Position numbers and translations under genes: made by a program. Under the pieces are notes generated by a model. It did not search any database, was not told the DNA's origin, and saw only the letters and a program-made list of their open reading frames with translations. From assembly GCA_017441205.1 (NCBI GenBank), contig JAFRYG010000142.1:499-64498 (forward strand): 64,000 bases of DNA, in the 5' to 3' direction. Source of the stretch: Pseudomonadota bacterium (GTDB taxonomy: Bacteria; Myxococcota_A; Bradymonadia; UBA4248). Numbering within the stretch: the stretch's first letter is position 1; every line of letters begins with the position of its first letter. Positions 50,107-58,038 of the stretch are shown piece by piece.

Positions 50107-50979
50107 TTAGAATGTGAGACTCATCGCGGCGGCATTGGGGACGATGTTCAGATGAAATGCGACATCGTTGTTGGAGTGCGTGTACTGATATCCGCCCAGT
50201 CCTGCCATGACTGCGCCGGCAACGGCGAGGCTTGCTCCGGCTCCGATGAGTACCCAGCCGGAGATGTAGCCTGGACGAATATCGTATTTTCGTTTGGTTG
50301 CATTGCTTTTTGTGACATCCTCATATTTGTCGGTTTGGGTAACGAGTACTGCGCCGGTGATGGTGCCTGCAATGCCGAGGATGCCGATGCCTGTTCCCGT
50401 CCACATGAGGGTTGCATATTTTTTGCGCAGTGCTTCCTGGTCTTTTTGAGTCAGCGTGTTGTTGAGTTCATTGACGGCATCCAGTCTGGCATTCTGGGCT
50501 GCAATGTCGAGTTTGAGACTGTCGTTCTGGGCGTTGAGTTCTGCTTCCTTTTGCTTTTGGGCTGCCATCGAAAAGGTCGAGCATTCGGGATGTTCTGCTT
50601 CGTAGCGTGCATACCATATCTGACGCGACATTTCCGGTGTGACTGTGAATTCAGAAGTATATTCACTGGCTTTCTGGAAATACATTGTGGATTTGACGTC
50701 GTCCCCGGTATCTTTGAATGCGATGCCCAGATAGTAGTTTAATGCCGGGGATTTGGGGCATATGCCAAAGAGTACATTGGCGGATTGGAAAGCAGCATCG
50801 TAATTGCCGGTTTGTATTTCGTACTGAAGATTTTCAAAATTTCTGTTCCAGTCTTCATTGCCGGCAAGATTCTGGCAATCGTCGGCATAGGCGTTGACAG
50901 TGAACAGGAGTGCAGCAGATAGGAATGCCTGGAAATAGATTGTTTTTGCTACGAATTTCATGGCTTTACCTGAAGACAA
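50107..50979 (-). CDS. Exported TPR-like protein with C-terminal hydrophobic hairpin; paralog of 13481-14332
   Basis: Shared motifs with 13481-14332; stop lies 12 bp before the giant lipoprotein start, with a GGAG RBS. Confidence 0.7.
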   Translation of the reverse strand: MSSGKAMKFVAKTIYFQAFLSAALLFTVNAYADDCQNLAGNEDWNRNFENLQYEIQTGNYDAAFQSANVLFGICPKSPALNYYLGIAFKDTGDDVKSTMYFQKASEYTSEFTVTPEMSRQIWYARYEAEHPECSTFSMAAQKQKEAELNAQNDSLKLDIAAQNARLDAVNELNNTLTQKDQEALRKKYATLMWTGTGIGILGIAGTITGAVLVTQTDKYEDVTKSNATKRKYDIRPGYISGWVLIGAGASLAVAGAVMAGLGGYQYTHSNNDVAFHLNIVPNAAAMSLTF

Positions 50980-51115
50980 TGGGCACGTGTGACGTGTAAG
51001 ACAGGAATACCAGTCACTGGCTATGCAAGAATAATGTCTGGATTATAATTCGACAAGTTATTAAGGACAGATAACCTGATAACTTGTGAGTTACTTTTCA
51101 TTCGCGGAGCTATTG

Positions 51116-51210
51116 GCGCGGTGTATTGAGCTGCAGAGACGTGTCGCGACACGTTTGCAGCGAAATAGCCGCGCCCGCAGGGCGTATGTCGCCCATGGGC
51201 GACATAGCCC
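51116..51210. repeat. Two bulged-G hairpins, one nesting a GTAG-like REP
   Basis: GCGCGGT-G-TATTGAG-[CTGCAGAGACGTGTCGCGACACGTTTGCAG]-CGAAATA-GCCGCGC; GGGC-G-TATGTCGCC-CATG-GGCGACATA-GCCC. Confidence 0.85.
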
Positions 51211-51297
51211 GCGATGCAACAACAACCTATACAAATCAATAATGCAGTTCAATTGCTGCCTTTGGGACATCATTGATGGGTGCGTGCTGAGATTGAA

Positions 51298-52173
51298 TCA
51301 GTGCAGCAGAGAACGGGCCTTTTCGCAGTCGCTGCGGAGCTGTTGGACGAGTTCATCGCGTGATCGGAACAGAATTTCATCGCGAATGAAATGTTCAAAG
51401 CGGATGCTTAGGCTTTGCCCGTAAATATCGTCTGTAAAATCAAATATATGGGTTTCAACGATGGTTTTAATGGTCCCGAATGTCGGCGTCTGGGTCACAG
51501 CAGTGACTGCCGGATGCAGTTCCGGGGCAGAATTGATCTGTACCCGAGTTGCATAGACGCCGATTTTGGGCATGACCTGGTTGGGCACGTGGATGTTGGC
51601 CGTCGCAAAACCGAGTGTATGGCCCCTGGATGCGCCATGTTCAACGTTTCCATAGAGTGTGTAGGGAGCGGTGAGCATTTGAGCTGCGTCTTCGACGCGG
51701 CCGGTTTGTATGGCAGTTCGAATGCGTGAAGAACTGACGGGTTCGTTGTGCCAGGGTTCCATAATGAGGGAGTGAAGGGCGATATCGTTGGCGGCGCACA
51801 TTTGACGCAAGAGGGAAATATTGCCTGATTTATTTGCACCGAACGTAAAGTTGTTGCCGAGGACGATGGCTGCAGGATCGAGGGGGATGAGGATATTCTG
51901 AAAAAAAGCTTCCGGCGTGAGCAGTCTGATCTTTTCGAATGGCAGGTAAATGACTTCATCCAAGCCAAGTGATTCCAGAATTTGCTCCTTAATATTCTCG
52001 GGGTGGATAAAGAAATGGGGAGATGGATTGAAAAACTGATGTGGGTGAGGCGTAAACGTGATAGCGACAGATCTGGCTCCCCAGCTTTTTGCCAGATCGA
52101 TGGTGGTCGATATGAGCTGCCGATGACCAAGATGCAGTCCGTCAAAGTTGCCAATTGTCAGGATGCTAGTCAT
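51298..52173 (-). CDS. ribF: Bifunctional riboflavin kinase/FAD synthetase
   Basis: IGNFDGLHLGH, TFTPHP, VSSSRIR, GHTLGFATAN, GVYA and ETHIFDF. Confidence 0.96.
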   Translation of the reverse strand: MTSILTIGNFDGLHLGHRQLISTTIDLAKSWGARSVAITFTPHPHQFFNPSPHFFIHPENIKEQILESLGLDEVIYLPFEKIRLLTPEAFFQNILIPLDPAAIVLGNNFTFGANKSGNISLLRQMCAANDIALHSLIMEPWHNEPVSSSRIRTAIQTGRVEDAAQMLTAPYTLYGNVEHGASRGHTLGFATANIHVPNQVMPKIGVYATRVQINSAPELHPAVTAVTQTPTFGTIKTIVETHIFDFTDDIYGQSLSIRFEHFIRDEILFRSRDELVQQLRSDCEKARSLLH

Positions 52174-53000
52174 AGATTGCTGAAGTCAAATCGAATGGAG
52201 AGTTGAAGATCGACATAGGCGTCCGGTTGAATAAGAGATGTGAAAATGTTTCCTCCGGTCTGGGTTTCATGATTAATGCGAGTTTGGCTGTCCTGGGGAA
52301 CCTGGGTAATCATGAAGAGTATTTTTGCATCGAGTTCTATCCAGACGAGATCTGAGAGCCGGTACATAAAGCCGACGATGGCATCGATATTGCCGCCGAA
52401 CCAGATATCGCTGTCAATGGTTGTCGCAAGTGTCAGGCCAAGGTGTCCGCCTGCATAGAGGCGCCAGTCTTCGGTTTTAAGGAAATTATAGCGAGCGCCG
52501 CCTGAGATATGAAAGAACCAGAGGCTCGAACGCTCATCTTTGGAGATATCTCTTTCTGCCTCGTAGGTGTTGCGGTTAAGGCACGATTCTTCGACGTCTT
52601 TGAGCGGGATATAGGTCGTCGCGACATCGCTGTAATTCCCATCAATGACATCGACCGGGGTGCAGGAAACGTGTGTAATGACGCTTTTTCGCCATCGCAT
52701 GCGGGTCATGTCAAAGCGGATTTCGATATCGACGGGGAGATCCAGATTGAGCAGCAGACTGGCATTAAAATGGACGGATCCATAGGCATTTTCGAGCGTT
52801 TTTAATACAGGATAATAGCCGGGTTCCGGAGTGATGCGGTATTCGCGGTCGGTTTCACCGGTCATGTAATCCATAAGAGGCAGTCCGAGTCCGAATCCGA
52901 GCCCGAATGACTGAGCGGATGCAATGGCAGGGCACAGCAATAACCATGCGATAACGCATATCGCCATGGATAATCTGTGAATGCAATTGCCTGTATTCAT
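52170..53000 (-). CDS. Exported hypothetical protein, probable outer-membrane beta-barrel
   Basis: Signal peptide; alternating beta-strand patterns (GGARYNF, LYAGGHLGL, DLQLSIRFDF). Confidence 0.6.
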   Translation of the reverse strand: MNTGNCIHRLSMAICVIAWLLLCPAIASAQSFGLGFGLGLPLMDYMTGETDREYRITPEPGYYPVLKTLENAYGSVHFNASLLLNLDLPVDIEIRFDMTRMRWRKSVITHVSCTPVDVIDGNYSDVATTYIPLKDVEESCLNRNTYEAERDISKDERSSLWFFHISGGARYNFLKTEDWRLYAGGHLGLTLATTIDSDIWFGGNIDAIVGFMYRLSDLVWIELDAKILFMITQVPQDSQTRINHETQTGGNIFTSLIQPDAYVDLQLSIRFDFSNL

Positions 53001-53031
53001 TGGAGAATAATGACCGTGAGCGGGACTATAC

Positions 53032-53064
53032 AAAAAAAGGCGGCCGAATTGACGACCGCCTTTC
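53032..53064 (-). terminator. Intrinsic terminator downstream of tRNA-Met
   Basis: Minus strand AAAGGCGGTC...GGCCGCCTTTTTTT. Confidence 0.7.
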
Positions 53065-53071
53065 AAAGAAA

Positions 53072-53145
53072 TAGCTAGGAGTGGACTCGAACCACCGACC
53101 TGACGGGTATGAGCCGTCTGCTCTAACCAACTGAGCTACCTAGCC
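53072..53145 (-). tRNA. tRNA-Met (CAT), elongator-like; CCA not encoded
   Basis: GGCTAGG acceptor, AGCTCAGTTGGTTAGAGC D-arm, GACGG-CTCATAC-CCGTC anticodon arm, GGTTCGAGTCC T-arm. Confidence 0.93.
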
Positions 53146-53183
53146 ATGGGATCCATCGGTTAAACCCAACGGAACGAGGCGGC

Positions 53184-53212
53184 CTTATGCCGAATACTGT
53201 TGGATTTGTCAA
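53184..53212 (-). promoter_or_regulatory. Sigma70-type promoter of tRNA-Met
   Basis: TTGACA-17 bp-CATAAG followed by a GC-rich discriminator (GCCGCC). Confidence 0.7.
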
Positions 53213-53260
53213 ATGTTTTTTGTACTTTTTGGATATCATGGCAATCAGATCCGGTTTTGC

Positions 53261-53637
53261 AAAAAAAATCATACACCAAAATGAAACAATTGCTTTCCCG
53301 ATGGCATCATGAATACGAAGGAATAGTCCTTCCTGTTTTGGGGAGTGAGAGATGTTTTTATCTGGATTTGTCTGACACAGAGTCCCCCGACATAATGTAC
53401 GGACGACCGAGGGGCGGTTTGCGGCATTGTGATATCCGGACGCGGGGGATAATGCTGAAGTGCTGTACATGCCAGGCACATCGGGATGCTTTTTTTTACG
53501 ACACTTGATTTCGGAAAGGAGGCAGTGTGCCATGACCGTGCGTATTTTGGGTTTGGACGGCGAGTCGGCGGGTGGGAAGGGACGAGAGGTAACCCTGGTT
53601 ACCTGGAATAATATTAAAACCGCATTGTGCTACATGT
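53261..53637 (+). ncRNA. Candidate large structured ncRNA of unknown family, copy 2
   Basis: Homolog of 36128-36506; helices close fully only on this strand (G.U pairs). Confidence 0.72.
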
Positions 53638-53706
53638 AGGTGTACTGTTTATCAACGAAAGCTATTCTTTCGTAACGGGGAGAGACCAAGGGAATTTATT
53701 CCAATG

Positions 53707-53795
53707 CAAGCCATCCTAAAAACAGGGGGATTGGTTCGGCGCGGCGAAGGATTTTGTTGTCGGTGTCAAGCCATCCTTACAACAGGGGAATTGGT
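53707..53795. repeat. Two 29-bp direct repeats with a 31-bp spacer (possible third degenerate unit near 53659)
   Basis: CAAGCCATCCTAAAAACAGGGGGATTGGT / CAAGCCATCCTTACAACAGGGGAATTGGT. Confidence 0.65.
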
Positions 53796-53969
53796 GATGT
53801 GTGGGGCAGTAGAAAGGCTCCAAGCCCTAAGCTCTGAATAGAAAGGTGTACTTTCATTATTTATGTTCGAAATAATCATGCAGTAACCCCTGAACAACTG
53901 ATGTTGGCTCTGTTCATTCGCATAAAAAGTCGTTATAAGCGTTTGTTGGAGTATTTTGGAGGTTTTGTT

Positions 53970-56900
53970 ATGTGCCAGATGAAGAACAAGCCGTTTTTAA
54001 TTCTTTTGCTTGGGGTGATGCTGTCTGCCGGATGCATCGATCCTTCGGATTATGTCAAATACGTCGAAGAAGATCCTCCCGAACCGGAAAGACCAGTGGT
54101 CGTGGACCCTCCGGGAGAAATACCTGACCAGGGAGATGAACCCAAGAGGCCTGGAGGATCTGCGGGGATCATACCTGGAAATCCTGAAGACGTCGACGAA
54201 CCGGTCCCTGGCGGGGCGGGGAATGGAGGGGCCGTCGTGATTCCTGAAAAGCTTGCGCTGGAATCCGTGGTTCCGTCCTCGGGAGATATTCGGGGGGGGT
54301 ATGAAGTGCGCCTTCACGGAACCTGTCTGGACAAATCGGGAACCATGCAGTTCGGTGCTCTGGATGCCCCTGAGCTGACGTATGTGAATACAAAAGTCGT
54401 GCGAGCCAAAGTTCCCGAAGGGAAAAAAGGATGTGTCGATATTGTCTGGAATCAGGACGGCGAAACACTGACCTTGAAAAATGGCTTTTGTTACGTCGAA
54501 AAGATTGCTTTTTCGGAGGTCGTTCCCGATGTGGTCGTCAGCAATACGGCAACCGAACTTGTGATCCATGGATCCGGATTTGATGACAAAACGCGGGTCT
54601 ATCTTTCGGATGGAGAAAAGACGCTGCCTATCGTCGATTTGCATGTTGTATCGGGAACGGAGCTCAGGGGGCTGATGCCCGTTCTCAAGGAGGGCATGGC
54701 TTCTGTCTATTTGCTGAATGGGGCCGGCGAGGTATCGGCTGAGAATGCAATAAAGGTGCTGCCTGAAATTTCTTTGAGTTCTTTGGAACCCTCGCGCATT
54801 GAAGTCGGTAAATCCACTGAGATTTCGATCGCTGGCAAGGGATTTTGGGAAGATGTCCAGGTACGCATTGGAAGTGAAGTCGTAAAGCCGGATTCCGTGA
54901 ATGATTCAAAGCTTGTAATGAAGGCGCCTTCTCTTTCGGCGGGACATTATGATGTCCTGGTTTACGATGGCTGGCAGCAGAGCCGGCTGGATAAAGCCAT
55001 TCATTACTACAACAACGATGGATCGCCCCAGGTTCTTGAACTCACTCCTGCCAAAGGATCTATAAAGGGTGGAACTTCGGTAACGATTCATGGCGTCAAT
55101 CTTCCCATTTCCGGGGATGCCATGTTTGACGGACAGAAAGCTTCGGTGAAATCCAGAACATCGAATGCCTGGATGCTGACCACGCCGGCGCATGAGGCCG
55201 GATTCGTCGATGTTGCTGTCGGGGAGTATGAGCTTAAGAAGGGATTTGAGTATACGGCTGTCGCTTCGACGCTGAAACTGGATTCGATCAAACCGGAGCA
55301 TGCAGTCGTTGCGGATGGCAATACGTATGTCGTGCTCAAGGGGAGCGGCTTTACCAAGGATATGAGCGTAAGTTTTGGTCCCTGGGAATCGGAGTCTGTT
55401 TCGATCGTCAGTTCCGGTGAAGCCAAAGTCCTCGTGCCCAAAGGCTCCGGAACAGTTCCGGTCACCGTCAGTGTGGGAGACAAAACAGCTCAGAAAACAT
55501 TTACCTACGATGATGCCGTTTCGATTCTTGGAATAACGCCTGCAGAAGCCGTTTTGACTGGCAGCACGCACATCGATGTGTATGGAACTGGTTTTGCTGA
55601 GGGAATGAAAATTCAGATCGCCGGAGAAAAACTGAAGACGACGATTAGTCATCCCGGCCACCTTTCATTTTATGCCCCTGCGCACGATGTGGGGACAGAT
55701 GATGTGATTCTGCTCTGCAAGGATGGGAAGGTTTGCGGCAAAACGCAGCTGACCTGGTTTGATTCCTCGGGAATCAATACGAGTGCTTTTGGTAGTGCCA
55801 TCGATGGTCAGCTCCATGTGACCGTTTTGACTGTGGATACGGCTGTGCCGATCGAAGGAGCTACGGTGTATATCGGCAGTGATCTCGAGACAGCTCTGAA
55901 GGGGACGACGGACAAAGATGGCCGCGTGTCCTTTTTTGACAAGCGCCTGAAAGATGCGCAGATCGTGATTGCCTGTGCGCCGGAGCATTCCTGCAATACG
56001 CTTCAGCCCATCAATGCGACGAATGTAACGCTGTTTCTGGAAGACTGGCATGCCGATGATCCTCCTTCCGCTGAGGATAACCCTCCGCCACCGCCGCCAG
56101 AGGGAGATACGATCAATCCTGTGGAAGTGTCGGTACCTTATAAACCGGAACAGCCTTATTTTTCGGGAACAGTGGGAAGTTTTGGCAAGTTTGAACTGGT
56201 TTCGAATCCGGCATTTGTCAAAGCCGGCCTCGTGATGCAGTCTTCTCTGAGCCCCTATATGATGTCGTACGACAAGGATGACGTTTATCTCATTCGCGAA
56301 GTTGGCGGAAAATACAAGCTTAAGGCTCGTTCTGGCGATGTGGCACTCGCTTTGGTCTGTGGTCTGTATGATACGGTTTCCGGTGCGTTTTATCCCAAGT
56401 ATATCGGGGTGAAGCGGCATTTGTTCGTTTCGGATGGAGCCAAGATCGTCAACCATCTGGAGTGCCCGATTCCGCTCAATCAGAATCTGAGCATTAAACT
56501 GCTGGATCCGCCTCTGAAATCCGGTCCCAATGGTGTCCGCGCAAGCGCCTATATCTTCGTGGGCGATGAAGGATATATCGGTGGCTTCATGGGCGGGGAA
56601 TCCAAAACGGATTTCGTTGTGATTACCGGCATGCCGCCGCTTCGCGATTCACTTTCGGAGTCTTCGTTTGCCATTACCGCCGGCGCCTATACTGATGGCG
56701 GTTATCCGGCTTCGGTGTTTTACGAATACAATGTCGTGCCGGACGGCAGTACGCTCGAAGTGGGGCCGGCAGCGCCGATTCCCGTATTCTATACCAAGAG
56801 TACGGACGATATCCTTGCAACGGGCGTCGTTTCGTGGTCTGTGGAACATCCCGAAAACGTGGATTTTTATGCGATGACCATTCGCAGCTATGGCCCCAAG

Positions 56901-57164
56901 GGATCCAAACTGATTTGGCAGTTCTATATGCCCGGCAATGCGACATCGGCGGAATTTCCAAAGGTATATTCGTGGCCGGAAGATCATTCCGAAACATTGT
57001 ATATTCAGCTGACCGCCTACAAATCCATTCGTGAAGGCTTTGATTTCAATAAGTTTTCAACCGGAGATACCCGTCATAATTATATTCATTCGTCGGCGAC
57101 GTCGACATTGATGATTAATGATCCGGCGAATGAACCTCCTCCTCCGGGGGGCGGAGCTGGTTAA
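53970..57164 (+). CDS. IPT/TIG-domain lipoprotein
   Basis: GGAGG RBS; lipobox SAGC; repeated [L/V]..[V/I].P..G...GG..V.I.G..F domains. Confidence 0.82.
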   Translation: MCQMKNKPFLILLLGVMLSAGCIDPSDYVKYVEEDPPEPERPVVVDPPGEIPDQGDEPKRPGGSAGIIPGNPEDVDEPVPGGAGNGGAVVIPEKLALESVVPSSGDIRGGYEVRLHGTCLDKSGTMQFGALDAPELTYVNTKVVRAKVPEGKKGCVDIVWNQDGETLTLKNGFCYVEKIAFSEVVPDVVVSNTATELVIHGSGFDDKTRVYLSDGEKTLPIVDLHVVSGTELRGLMPVLKEGMASVYLLNGAGEVSAENAIKVLPEISLSSLEPSRIEVGKSTEISIAGKGFWEDVQVRIGSEVVKPDSVNDSKLVMKAPSLSAGHYDVLVYDGWQQSRLDKAIHYYNNDGSPQVLELTPAKGSIKGGTSVTIHGVNLPISGDAMFDGQKASVKSRTSNAWMLTTPAHEAGFVDVAVGEYELKKGFEYTAVASTLKLDSIKPEHAVVADGNTYVVLKGSGFTKDMSVSFGPWESESVSIVSSGEAKVLVPKGSGTVPVTVSVGDKTAQKTFTYDDAVSILGITPAEAVLTGSTHIDVYGTGFAEGMKIQIAGEKLKTTISHPGHLSFYAPAHDVGTDDVILLCKDGKVCGKTQLTWFDSSGINTSAFGSAIDGQLHVTVLTVDTAVPIEGATVYIGSDLETALKGTTDKDGRVSFFDKRLKDAQIVIACAPEHSCNTLQPINATNVTLFLEDWHADDPPSAEDNPPPPPPEGDTINPVEVSVPYKPEQPYFSGTVGSFGKFELVSNPAFVKAGLVMQSSLSPYMMSYDKDDVYLIREVGGKYKLKARSGDVALALVCGLYDTVSGAFYPKYIGVKRHLFVSDGAKIVNHLECPIPLNQNLSIKLLDPPLKSGPNGVRASAYIFVGDEGYIGGFMGGESKTDFVVITGMPPLRDSLSESSFAITAGAYTDGGYPASVFYEYNVVPDGSTLEVGPAAPIPVFYTKSTDDILATGVVSWSVEHPENVDFYAMTIRSYGPKGSKLIWQFYMPGNATSAEFPKVYSWPEDHSETLYIQLTAYKSIREGFDFNKFSTGDTRHNYIHSSATSTLMINDPANEPPPPGGGAG

Positions 57165-57270
57165 TTTTGGGGCTTCGTTTGCGGTCTTTGACCGCTACAC
57201 TTCGCCATAACGCTGCTATTGCTTTGCAATACGCAGCGTTGTCTTTTGTTTGGGTTGAGAACCACAGGTT

Positions 57271-57972
57271 ATGAAAACAATAGCGCACCTGAACCATATA
57301 CGGAAAACCTACGGAACCGGAGAGGCTGTCCTCAGTGTGCTCAATGATTTTTCGATGGAGATTGCCGAAGGCGATTTTGTCGCCATTCAGGGGCGCAGCG
57401 GGAGCGGGAAAACGACGCTGCTCAATATTATTGGTTTGCTGGACAGCGATTTTTCCGGGGATTATGAGTTATTTTCATATCGTGAAAATGGCATGGTGGT
57501 TCCACGGAATCTGAGAGATTCTGCGCTGAGTCTGCTGCGAAACGAAATGATTGGGTTCGTTTTTCAGCACTTTAATTTGCTCGAACACATGACCTGTTTT
57601 GAGAATGTATGTCTGCCGGCTTCCTTTTGCGGTCATGATGTGGATCTGAAGCAAATAGAAGCAAAAGCGTACGATTTAATGAAACGGCTCGATGTCGCCG
57701 ACAAACGGGATGCATTGCCGTCGCAGCTTTCGGGGGGACAGAAACAGCGCGTCGCCATTGCACGTGCGCTATTGCTGAGTCCCAAGCTGATATTGTGCGA
57801 TGAACCGACCGGAGCGCTGGATGTCGAAACCAGCCGAAGTATTATGGCCTGCTTCCGCGAACTGTGTCGCCGCGAGAATATGGCTTTTGTCATTGTGACA
57901 CATGATCAGGGCGTCGCGGATGCCTGTGATCGCATCATCAAAATGGAGGCCGGACGTATTGCGCAGCAATAG
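57271..57972 (+). CDS. ABC transporter ATP-binding protein (LolD/MacB-type); no permease in window
   Basis: [42 protein letters not shown] and IVTHD. Confidence 0.95.
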   Translation: MKTIAHLNHIRKTYGTGEAVLSVLNDFSMEIAEGDFVAIQGRSGSGKTTLLNIIGLLDSDFSGDYELFSYRENGMVVPRNLRDSALSLLRNEMIGFVFQHFNLLEHMTCFENVCLPASFCGHDVDLKQIEAKAYDLMKRLDVADKRDALPSQLSGGQKQRVAIARALLLSPKLILCDEPTGALDVETSRSIMACFRELCRRENMAFVIVTHDQGVADACDRIIKMEAGRIAQQ

Positions 57973-58038
57973 GACGGCCCAAAAGGCCGTATGCCGTGAG
58001 GCATAGGCCGATAAACCAACAGTGGGAATCGTATAAAA

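Noticed and set aside
53555-53583. Resemblance of GGACGGCGAGTCGGCGGGTGGGAAGG to the 3' end of an FMN riboswitch, given nearby ribF
   Set aside because: The 5' FMN core (AGGGCGGGGYGAAATTCCC) is absent and the element points away from ribF
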